From NCBI RefSeq assembly GCF_000011125.1, contig NC_000854.2, forward strand, positions 810,001-842,000: 32,000 nt of DNA, in the 5' to 3' direction. Source of the stretch: Aeropyrum pernix K1 (GTDB lineage: Archaea; Thermoproteota; Thermoprotei_A; Sulfolobales; Acidilobaceae). Under the pieces are notes generated by a model. That model was not told where the DNA came from and searched no databases. It saw only the letters and a list, made by a program, of their open reading frames with translations. Below, in pieces: positions 23,841 through 31,036 of the stretch. Made by a program: the position numbers and the translations under genes. Each line of letters starts with the position of its first letter. Positions within the stretch are counted from its first letter, which is position 1.

Positions 23841-24936
23841 AGCTATCCTCCTCTTCGCCATTATAACCGGACTGGTGCTTTCAGGGGCTGCAGTAGACGC
23901 TGCCATGAGGGGTGAGCTGAGGATATACACCTCAACCTCGCCCTCCAACCCCTCAGTCTATGGGGCCAGCGAGTTCTACGAGGCGGCTAGAGAGGCTTAC
24001 GACGCCGTGCTGGTGAGGAGCATTGGGGAGCTGGAGGAGCTCGCTGTTGAGGGGGGAGCGTCGATAGTTTATGTCGTGATAGCCCCGGACAAGCCTTTTA
24101 CCTATGAGGAGTACCTTGTTCTCAGCAGCCTCGCATCCCAGGGCAGGCTGAAGATTCTTGTGATGGACGAGACTATAGTGTCAAACTGGCTCCTCGAGAG
24201 GCTTGTAGGGGCTAGGGTATCCGGTGAGGAGCTTATCGTACCGGGCGCCTCGGGGGGATGGCAGTATATTGTGGATGTGGACTGCGGCTCCTTGGGGAGG
24301 GGGCTGGCTTCCAAGCCGAGCTTCATAGAGGAGGCTGCCGGGGGAGAGAGCATCTGCACTGCAGATATCGCTGGAGAAGAGAGGGTTTTGGCTGTTAAGA
24401 TCGAGAGAGGAGGGTTCAAAGCCCTAGTAGTCTCAGACTCCAGCATGTGCGCGAACTTCATGCTAGATCCTCCCCCGTGGCTGGGTGACGGGAACAGGGG
24501 CCTGTGCATGGGCCTCCTCGGCCTTCTAGTAGAGCCCGGGGATGTCGTGGTCTTCGACGATGCCCACTACAAAGGCATTCCACTATACTTCAAGTACGGA
24601 CAGGCCCTCGCCGGGCTAGCCGCGGTTCCGGCGAGGGCCCTCTCCTCCATGTGGGCTATCAACCCCTACGCCACCCTCGCATCCCTAATAGCCGTCTCCA
24701 CGGCTCTCTCGGCGCTGGCGCGCCCATGGAGGCCTCTCGAGAGGCCTCTGGGCGATGAGATGCTTGAGAAGCTCGCCCTCTACGCCCTCCAAGAGGCTGC
24801 GAGGAGAGACCCCATCCTGAGGGCCGCCCTAACCTTCGGTGTGGCCCTCAGGTTAAGGCCTCTTAGACGCCTCCTAATCGAAAGGGCTTACAGGGTTCTG
24901 GGTGTGAAGGGTGGAGAAGGTCTTCGCGCGTATTAG
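23830..24936 (+). CDS. DUF4350-like protein with N-terminal signal/anchor and C-terminal hydrophobic segment
   Basis: 368 aa; its start overlaps the upstream gene by 11 nt. DUF4350-like features are the N-terminal [51 protein letters not shown]...[29 protein letters not shown] and a late TM. The assignment is from memory of the family plus its position upstream of MoxR. Confidence 0.6.
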   Translation: MRGRAILLFAIITGLVLSGAAVDAAMRGELRIYTSTSPSNPSVYGASEFYEAAREAYDAVLVRSIGELEELAVEGGASIVYVVIAPDKPFTYEEYLVLSSLASQGRLKILVMDETIVSNWLLERLVGARVSGEELIVPGASGGWQYIVDVDCGSLGRGLASKPSFIEEAAGGESICTADIAGEERVLAVKIERGGFKALVVSDSSMCANFMLDPPPWLGDGNRGLCMGLLGLLVEPGDVVVFDDAHYKGIPLYFKYGQALAGLAAVPARALSSMWAINPYATLASLIAVSTALSALARPWRPLERPLGDEMLEKLALYALQEAARRDPILRAALTFGVALRLRPLRRLLIERAYRVLGVKGGEGLRAY

Positions 24937-25831
24937 CGAGGAGGTTTCTAAGGTCATAGTTGGGAAGGAGAGGGAGATAAGGCTCGTCCTAGCCGCCCTG
25001 GCAGCCAGAGGCCATGTTCTGCTCGAGGGTGTCCCAGGCGTTGCCAAAACCACTATGGCTAGGGCCATAGCCAGGGCCACGGGCCTGAGGTTCTCTAGGA
25101 TCCAGTTCACCCCTGACATGCTGCCGAGCGATGTCATAGGGACTATGGTCTACGATCAGAGGACAGGTGAGTTCGTTTTTAGGCGTGGTCCTGTTTTTGC
25201 TAATGTTGTTCTTGCTGATGAGGTTAACCGTGCTAATCCTCGTACTCAGAGTGCTTTTCTTGAGGCTATGCAGGAGGGGCAGGTTACTGTGTGGGGTGAG
25301 ACCCACAGGCTCCCCAGCCCCTTCATAGTCCTAGCCACAATGAACCCCATAGAGCTGGAGGGAGTCTACCCACTACCAGAAGCACAACTAGACAGATTCA
25401 TGGCTCGGGTCGTTGTGGGCCATCCCTCTCTTGAGGAGCTCGTCGAGATTATGGAGAAGTACCGGAGTATAACCGAGTTTCCAGTCGAGCCTGTCGCCAG
25501 GCCGGAGGATATTGTCGCGGCGCAGGAGGCTGTGTGGAAGGTGCATGTGGATAAGAACATAAAGCTATATATCGCCAGGATCGTGGAGGAGACTCATAAA
25601 CACCCGGGAGTGTCCCTCGGAGGCTCACCCAGGGCGGCCCTCTCAATCATGATGCTGGCCAGAGGCCTGGCACTGCTAGACGGTCTCGGCTACGTTACTC
25701 CCGACCATGTTAAGGAGGCTGCCAGGGCAGCCCTCCCCCACAGGCTAATACTCACGACAGAAGCCAAGCTGGAGGGCTTGAAGCCTGAGTCGGTAGTTGA
25801 GGATGTACTCTCCTCTGTAGAGACCCCGTAA
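24911..25831 (+). CDS. moxR: MoxR-family AAA+ ATPase
   Basis: 306 aa. Walker A is [18 protein letters not shown]. Walker B and the MoxR signature are [50 protein letters not shown] is also present. The GTG start overlaps the upstream gene by 26 nt. Confidence 0.92.
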   Translation: MEKVFARISEEVSKVIVGKEREIRLVLAALAARGHVLLEGVPGVAKTTMARAIARATGLRFSRIQFTPDMLPSDVIGTMVYDQRTGEFVFRRGPVFANVVLADEVNRANPRTQSAFLEAMQEGQVTVWGETHRLPSPFIVLATMNPIELEGVYPLPEAQLDRFMARVVVGHPSLEELVEIMEKYRSITEFPVEPVARPEDIVAAQEAVWKVHVDKNIKLYIARIVEETHKHPGVSLGGSPRAALSIMMLARGLALLDGLGYVTPDHVKEAARAALPHRLILTTEAKLEGLKPESVVEDVLSSVETP

Positions 25832-25855
25832 GACGGAGAAGGGGTTCAGGGAGGG

Positions 25856-27103
25856 TTGGCGGTGAAGCTTACTAGGAGGGGCTGGAGCCTCCTGCTGGCC
25901 TCAAGCCTCTCCTCTGCAGCGGCGCTGGCGACGGGAGACCCAATACTCCTGGCCTCAGGGCTCGTGGGTATCCTCGTCCTCGGCTTCTCCTTCCTCTACG
26001 CTAAGCGGATCCACACCCTCTTGAGCAGAGCCCGGGTTTCAAGGGCCGCTGGCCATATCAAGGCGGTTGAGGGTTCTAGGGTTAGGATAGCCTTCAGGCT
26101 GGAAGCACCGCGGGGGCTCCCAAGGGGGACTGTTGTGAGGGACTCTCCCCCGAGGAGGCTTGCGGTGATCGGAGAGCCCGAGGCTCCAGTAGAGGGGGGG
26201 CCAGGCGGGGTTGTTGAGGCCTGGTACGAGGCTAAGCCCTCTGTAGGGAGCCATAGATGGTCCGAGGTGGAGGTGTACGCTGAATCACCCGGGGGTCTTG
26301 CCGTGGCTAGCGTTAGAAACTCCCTCCCTATTTTGCTTGAGGCGGCGCCTAGCCCCAGGGCCCTGGAGGAGGTTAGGCTGAGGCTGGCCGCAATGACAGG
26401 CTATTCTAAGCCTGTGAACAGGAGGTGGCCCCTCGGCTACGAGTTTCTGGAGCTGAGGGAGTACCAGCCGGGCGATGACCCGCGTATGATACACTGGCCA
26501 TCCACAGCGAGGGCCGGGACCCTCGTCGTAAGGGAGACTGCTATGGAGACCAGGCTTAACCTTACTATAGTGTTGGACGCGAGCGGAGAGATGTGGATAG
26601 GCGGGCCAGGGGCCTCCCCTATAGACCACGCTGCCCGGCTAACACTGGCACTGGCAGCCCTCGCATGGGAGTCGGGGGGTACAGCCTCAGTGTTCCTCTT
26701 CAACGGGTGGAGCTGTTTTGAGGCTAGAAGGGCTGTTGACACAGCCTCCCTCGCCACGGTTCTCTCGAAGCTTGACGTGGGCCACGGCCGCTCAACGGAG
26801 GGTCTAGCTGGCTGCGCCCGGAAAGCAGCATCACTGAGAGCACGGAGACCCCTCATAATAGTCACCGGCCCCGCCGTCGACCTGGCTTGGCTGGTGAAGA
26901 GGGTGGAGGAGCCTCCACGCCCACCAACACCCATCACTCTCTACTCCATCATGACGCCGACTGGAGAATCCCCGGAGGAGAGGCTCGTCAGGGCAGAAAC
27001 ACTCCGCGAGGCAGAGGCTGCTGGGAGTAGGAGGGTAGTGGCGGGCGGCTGGCTGGAGGCAGGCCTTAGGATCCTTGAGACTCTGGAGGTGTATAGCCTT
27101 TGA
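25856..27103 (+). CDS. DUF58 (vWA-like) protein, the canonical MoxR partner, with two N-terminal TM helices
   Basis: 415 aa. The DUF58 hallmark is YEFLELREYQPGDDPRMIHWPSTARAGTLVVRE, followed by the vWA-like strand LTIVLDASGEM. The N-terminus has LLLASSLSSAAALA and ILLASGLVGILVLGFSFLY. The start is TTG 25856 or GTG 25862, after GGGAGGG. Confidence 0.88.
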   Translation: MAVKLTRRGWSLLLASSLSSAAALATGDPILLASGLVGILVLGFSFLYAKRIHTLLSRARVSRAAGHIKAVEGSRVRIAFRLEAPRGLPRGTVVRDSPPRRLAVIGEPEAPVEGGPGGVVEAWYEAKPSVGSHRWSEVEVYAESPGGLAVASVRNSLPILLEAAPSPRALEEVRLRLAAMTGYSKPVNRRWPLGYEFLELREYQPGDDPRMIHWPSTARAGTLVVRETAMETRLNLTIVLDASGEMWIGGPGASPIDHAARLTLALAALAWESGGTASVFLFNGWSCFEARRAVDTASLATVLSKLDVGHGRSTEGLAGCARKAASLRARRPLIIVTGPAVDLAWLVKRVEEPPRPPTPITLYSIMTPTGESPEERLVRAETLREAEAAGSRRVVAGGWLEAGLRILETLEVYSL

Positions 27104-27822
27104 ACAGGGAGGCCCGCGGGGAGTTTGCAGTACTAGTATCAGGCCTGGCCGCGGCAGCGTTCTCCTACAGCAGCGGAGGGCTCCTAGCCTCGGCCACGAT
27201 AGCCCTATCGACAGCTCTCGCCTTGTCCATCACTAGGCTCACAGGCTCCGGCGAGGCGGGAGGGCTCTCGGCGGTAGTCCTCGGGCTTGCTATATATGCT
27301 GCTGGCGCTAGGGCCGGGTCCATCATGGTTCTGGGAGGCGTGGCGTCTCTGGCCCTAGGCCTCCCTGGTGCGGTGATGCTCGCTCCGGCGGTAGCGATTG
27401 CCATCTTCCTAGCGGCTGTAGCCTGGGCCTCGAGCCTCCATGCCGAGTATGTATCCTGGAGGGCGATCTACCTCTGGGCTGTCGCCAGCGCCTCAGCCGC
27501 CTCGATAGTGATGGCAGGCAGAGGGAGGACCTCTATTGCATGGCAGGTGGCATGGGCGGTAAGGCAGCTGACCCCAGACCCTCCGGCCCTTAGGAGGATC
27601 GGGGCAGCGGTCCTATCAGCCTACCCAGCCCTCATGGCTGTCGCGGCGGGCGGCTACCCCGCAGCCATTATGGTGGGGATGGCTACACTGCTCACCTGGC
27701 GCAGACTGGGCGTTGAGACGGCTGCACTGGTAAGCCTAGCTGTAGGTGCACTCGCCGGGTTTGTGGGTCTTGTTGACTACGGGGTAGCCGTTGAGAGGAT
27801 AAACTCCCTGATAAAACAATAA
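27100..27822 (+). CDS. Ala/Gly-rich polytopic membrane protein (about 6 TM), Cys-free
   Basis: 240 aa. Its TTG start overlaps the DUF58 stop in TTGA (27100-27103), which suggests translational coupling. It has no catalytic-looking motif and no Cys. Confidence 0.65.
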   Translation: MNREARGEFAVLVSGLAAAAFSYSSGGLLASATIALSTALALSITRLTGSGEAGGLSAVVLGLAIYAAGARAGSIMVLGGVASLALGLPGAVMLAPAVAIAIFLAAVAWASSLHAEYVSWRAIYLWAVASASAASIVMAGRGRTSIAWQVAWAVRQLTPDPPALRRIGAAVLSAYPALMAVAAGGYPAAIMVGMATLLTWRRLGVETAALVSLAVGALAGFVGLVDYGVAVERINSLIKQ

Positions 27823-27842
27823 CCCCCTGGGGTGCACTGAGG

Positions 27843-28043
27843 GTGGCTGGCAGGATTCTAGGGCATCCTGGATCTGGGAAATCGTTTCTGGGCGGCCTTG
27901 TTCTCGCCGCCTCTGGGATAGTGTTCTTCGGCATAAGCGTCTACACTATATATCAGGGGAGCGTGGCCGCCAGCCTACTCTCAGCAGCTATAGGGCTTGT
28001 GCTAGTTAGCCTGGGGGCTGATATGATGATGAGGGAGTCTTAA
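27843..28043 (+). CDS. Small two-TM membrane protein (66 aa), last gene of the MoxR operon
   Basis: GTG start 20 nt after the upstream stop. Two hydrophobic segments are present: FLGGLVLAASGIVFFGISVY and ASLLSAAIGLVLVSLGA. It is followed by a hairpin and oligo-A/T tract. Confidence 0.5.
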   Translation: MAGRILGHPGSGKSFLGGLVLAASGIVFFGISVYTIYQGSVAASLLSAAIGLVLVSLGADMMMRES

Positions 28044-28060
28044 AACATTGTGGAACGGTT

Positions 28061-28085
28061 AAAAAATCCTGTGTTACATAACACA
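28061..28085. terminator. Bidirectional terminator candidate between convergent genes: A6 tract (T6 on the minus strand) plus perfect hairpin TGTGTTA-ca-TAACACA
   Basis: AAAAAA lies at 28061-28066. The palindrome at 28070-28085 has 7-bp arms and a 2-nt loop. The element sits between the stop at 28043 (+) and the stop at 28120 (-). Confidence 0.5.
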
Positions 28086-28119
28086 CGCTGGCTTGGAGCC
28101 CGTGTTTCTATCCTCGTTG

Positions 28120-28290
28120 CTAGGCTTTGCCTAGCACTCTATAGAAGATCTTGCCGGTGTACGGGCTCTTGGCTTTGGCGAACCTAAACTTGCCCCTCTT
28201 AGTCTCCTTTATCTCGACTTCGTAGTTGTCAGTCTCGTAGTACTTCTTGGCGACTAGGTCGAAGAACTTTATCTTCTCCTTCTTGGGCAT
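28120..28290 (-). CDS. 56-aa lysine-rich basic protein, candidate small chromatin/nucleic-acid-binding protein (reminiscent of crenarchaeal CC1-type proteins)
   Basis: This ORF is not in the track because it is under 60 aa. My translation is MPKKEKIKFFDLVAKKYYETDNYEVEIKETKRGKFRFAKAKSPYTGKIFYRVLGKA*. It has 13 Lys, 3 Arg and 10 aromatic residues. It has an ATG start, a strong TATA (TATATATAAATA on the minus strand, 28305-28316) just upstream, and a T6 terminator downstream. Confidence 0.7.
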   Translation of the reverse strand: MPKKEKIKFFDLVAKKYYETDNYEVEIKETKRGKFRFAKAKSPYTGKIFYRVLGKA

Positions 28291-28304
28291 CCTTCAGCAC
28301 CGAG

Positions 28305-28316
28305 TATTTATATATA
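28305..28316 (-). promoter_or_regulatory. TATA box for the 56-aa basic protein gene (short-leader or leaderless mRNA)
   Basis: The minus strand reads AGTCTATATATAAATACTCGGTGCTGAAGGATG. There are 14 nt between the end of the AT block and the ATG. Confidence 0.55.
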
Positions 28317-28524
28317 GACTAAGTGTTATTTAAGCTTTAGCGGCCGGTATTCGGTTATGAAGTCTGATCCAATGTAATACTGCCTAGCCCGCTTGTGTTG
28401 TGCAGGAAATATTCGACGACGCCACCTCTACATCGGTATTACAGGCGGCAACAGATATAAAAGGCCTGGATACACCTGGCCAAGTGGAGCATGAGGAGCG
28501 TTGGAAGGAGATAGAACCCGTATT

Positions 28525-28956
28525 ATGGACCTAAGGGAGGGTCTTAGGAACGTCTCGATCTCTGGCCGCGTCCTTGAGACGGGAGAGCCCAAGATGGTTG
28601 AAACCAAGAGAGGCCCTGCAACCCTGAGCGAAGCCGTTGTAGGCGATGAGAGTGGTAGGGTTAAGGTGACTCTCTGGGGAAGCCACGCGGGAACACTAAA
28701 GGAGGGCGAGGCCGTTAGGATAGAGGGCGCCTGGACAACCAGCTACAGGGGCAAAGTCCAGGTCAACGTCGGCAGAGAGTCGACCATAGAGAAGGTGGAC
28801 TCCGAGGATGTACCCCAAGCGGAGGACATACCCGAGGAGATGCCGGAGGCCCAGTATAGGGGCTTCGGGCAGAGGCAGCCTTACAGGAGCGGCGGTTTCG
28901 GCGGCTTCAGAGGAGGCGGCTACCAGCCCCGAAGAGGAGGCAGGAGGAGGTTCTAG
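28525..28956 (+). CDS. ssb: Crenarchaeal single-OB-fold single-stranded DNA-binding protein (SSB)
   Basis: NVSISGRVLETGEPKMVETKRGPATLSEAVVGDESGRVKVTLWGSHAGTLKEGEAVRIEGAWTTSYRGKVQVNVG parallels Sulfolobus SSB as I recall it (...[50 protein letters not shown]). The tail is Gly/Arg-rich. ATG 28525 is preceded by GGAAGGAG; the track start is TTG 28501. A TATA ATATAAAA lies at 28455-28462. Confidence 0.92.
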   Translation: MDLREGLRNVSISGRVLETGEPKMVETKRGPATLSEAVVGDESGRVKVTLWGSHAGTLKEGEAVRIEGAWTTSYRGKVQVNVGRESTIEKVDSEDVPQAEDIPEEMPEAQYRGFGQRQPYRSGGFGGFRGGGYQPRRGGRRRF

Positions 28957-29091
28957 TCTCCTCCACCGGATACCCCCTTGTATGGAAAGAACAGGATAAG
29001 ATAACTAGAGAGCGTTCTACGTGGTCTTCGAATATATTGATAACCCAATTTTTGGAATCCCGTCTCCTCGGCTTGCCGGGGAGATGTCTTG

Positions 29092-29682
29092 TCACCTTTC
29101 TCTGTTCTTCCCCTGAGAGGCGGCTATCTTGAGGGCTGCCGCCTCTACATCAACCTCCACTCTAACCAGCCCTGGCTGCTCTCTCAGCGTCCTGGCCCCC
29201 AGCTTCCTCGCCAGTGATATCGCTCTTTGATTGTCTGAGAGAACGTAGCCGTAGAGCTTTTTAACGCCTGCCGGCTTGAGTATAGATATCATCACGCTAG
29301 CGAGGATAGAGCCCAGGCCGTGGCCCTGGTAGTCCTCCCTAACAATTATCCCCCCCTCCGCCGCCCCGGTCTTTTCATCTACAAAGCTCTCTGCCATCCC
29401 CACGATCTCCCCCGTCGCGAGGTCCTCAGCCACAATAACGAGGGTGCATCTGTCGTGGAGGAGCCTGTCTATATAGGGGTCGAAGTATCTTACCACAGCG
29501 AAGAACCTGGTGTATATTGTCTCTTCCGAGAGGCTTTTGTAGAAGCGTATGAGCTTATCCCTGTCACCGGGGCAGAGGCCCCGTATCCTCACGCGGCGCC
29601 CGTTTCTGAGGGTCACCGTTCCGAACTCCTCCCCGCATAGGGGGCACGCCTCGGGAGGGTGTTGGGAGGATTGGGGGTGCAA
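29092..29682 (-). CDS. pat: GNAT acetyltransferase of the Pat (protein lysine acetyltransferase) type
   Basis: The Pat-like N-terminal pattern is TLRNGRRVRIRGLCPGDRDKLIRFYKSLSEETIYTRFF. The acetyl-CoA motif A is VREDYQGHGLGSILAS. The maximal ORF starts at TTG 29682 and adds HPPEACPLCGEEFG. GTG 29616, preceded by GGGGAGGAG, would give a canonical ~174-aa protein. Confidence 0.8.
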   Translation of the reverse strand: MHPQSSQHPPEACPLCGEEFGTVTLRNGRRVRIRGLCPGDRDKLIRFYKSLSEETIYTRFFAVVRYFDPYIDRLLHDRCTLVIVAEDLATGEIVGMAESFVDEKTGAAEGGIIVREDYQGHGLGSILASVMISILKPAGVKKLYGYVLSDNQRAISLARKLGARTLREQPGLVRVEVDVEAAALKIAASQGKNRER

Positions 29683-29724
29683 CTGGAGGACGCCTCCTCC
29701 ATTATTTGTTCTTTCCTGGTAGTA

Positions 29725-30888
29725 TTAGTTTCTAACCGTCCTCACCCGCGGGTACCGGCGGAGGAGGCCTATTATCCAGTAGGAGGCTATCTCCGCCTCC
29801 CTCCTACCCCCCCTTAGGACGGCCTCTACGGAGTGTCCTCTCACCGAGACTTTAACCGGCTTGAGGCCGAGGGCCTCTAGGAGGCGGGCCACCTCCCTCT
29901 CCCCTGCGGAGGGGAGTTTCGACAGGTCTCCGCACGGCCCCAGCCTGCAGGCCGCACACCCCTGGCCGTGGCTCTCCACGTTGGCGCTGCAGCTCGCGGG
30001 TAGCACTTTGAAGCCCATCTCCCTCGCCTTCGACGCTATCCTCTCCTTAAGGTCCCTCGAGTATATCGGCAGCTGCTCCCCCTTCCTGGGCCACCGGGGG
30101 AGGCGCCGCTCTATCTCGCCCATCTCGACGGCTCCCGAGGCTCTGAGGCGACGTAGTATACCTTCTGCAACGCGGAGGGTACCGAGTACAACCTTGTTCA
30201 CGCCAGCCCTGGCAGCCCTCGATAGTATGTCCTCGGCCTCCCTGTCAGTGACCCCCGGGATTATGGGTCTGAGGAACAGGGTGGCGCTCAAACCGGCCTC
30301 CACCAGCCTCCCCATGAACTCTATCCTCTCCTCCGGAGGCGATGCCCCCGGCTCCAGAGCCTTCCACCGGCTCAATGTAGTCATGGATACTAGGACGTCT
30401 ATCCTCGGGTCGGCAGCCTCTATAAACCTCTCGAGTAGGCCCCCCCTGAGCGCTGTCTTAGTGGATATCTGTTGCGGGTTCCCGAGCCACCGCCTTGTGG
30501 ACTCGAGATACTCTATGGCGCGCCAGGCGGTCTCCCTCATGAACGGCTCTGTAACGCTGCCGAAGGCTAGTAGAGTCCCTTTGGGGCCGGGGGCCACGTA
30601 GGGGTTTAGGGCTAGGGCTAGGGCGAGTTCGTCGCCTGAGAGGGGGTAGGGCTGGGGCTTGCCCGTGAAGCCCATGTCGTATATATAGCAGTAGAGGCAG
30701 CCGTAGCTGCAGCCAACTCCCGTGTGGATAGTCATACCGCAGGGTATTGGCCTCCTGCGGGCGTGCCAGTCTCTAGAGGCCCTCTTGAACCCCTCCTCAC
30801 CCACCCTACGCCTCAGCTCCTCGGCCACCAGCCTCTTGATGTGTACCGCATCGACTAGGCTCTTCACACTGTCCATACTAACCGCCAC
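29725..30888 (-). CDS. Radical SAM protein (COG1533 / SplB 'DNA repair photolyase'-like) with a Cys-rich C-terminal extension
   Basis: The CX3CX2C motif lies in TGVGCSYGCLYCYIYD. The TIM-barrel-length core is followed by ASCSANVESHGQGCAACRLGPCGD. The start is GTG 30888 or ATG 30876. It lies 42 nt upstream of the GNAT gene on the same strand. Confidence 0.8.
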   Translation of the reverse strand: MAVSMDSVKSLVDAVHIKRLVAEELRRRVGEEGFKRASRDWHARRRPIPCGMTIHTGVGCSYGCLYCYIYDMGFTGKPQPYPLSGDELALALALNPYVAPGPKGTLLAFGSVTEPFMRETAWRAIEYLESTRRWLGNPQQISTKTALRGGLLERFIEAADPRIDVLVSMTTLSRWKALEPGASPPEERIEFMGRLVEAGLSATLFLRPIIPGVTDREAEDILSRAARAGVNKVVLGTLRVAEGILRRLRASGAVEMGEIERRLPRWPRKGEQLPIYSRDLKERIASKAREMGFKVLPASCSANVESHGQGCAACRLGPCGDLSKLPSAGEREVARLLEALGLKPVKVSVRGHSVEAVLRGGRREAEIASYWIIGLLRRYPRVRTVRN

Positions 30889-31036
30889 CTCCAGGCTGCC
30901 TCAGCCAAATGCCTTCAACTCATCCCCACGGCGTGTCGTAGTCGGGAGTAGACATCATCGGCATGTCCGGGCTGGAGGCCTCCAGGCTCTATTTTTAGAT
31001 TACCCAGGCTATTCTATATACCCCGGCTGGCCGCTC

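Noticed and set aside
28021-28090. ATGATGATGA near the end of the 66-aa membrane ORF, considered as a possible C box of an sRNA
   Set aside because: No D box (CTGA) lies within the expected 50-70 nt. The motif is explained by the Met-Met-Met codons of the ORF.
28907-29095. 62-aa minus-strand ORF overlapping the ssb 3' end and the convergent intergenic region
   Set aside because: It overlaps the well-supported SSB tail-coding region and has no motif or promoter. The region also contains a T5 tract (CAATTTTTGG, about 29047-29056) better read as the ssb terminator.
29861-30601. 246-aa plus-strand ORF opposite the radical-SAM gene
   Set aside because: The minus-strand frame carries the diagnostic CX3CX2C radical-SAM motif and a coherent domain. 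The plus-strand product is Ser/Arg/Pro-rich with no motif.
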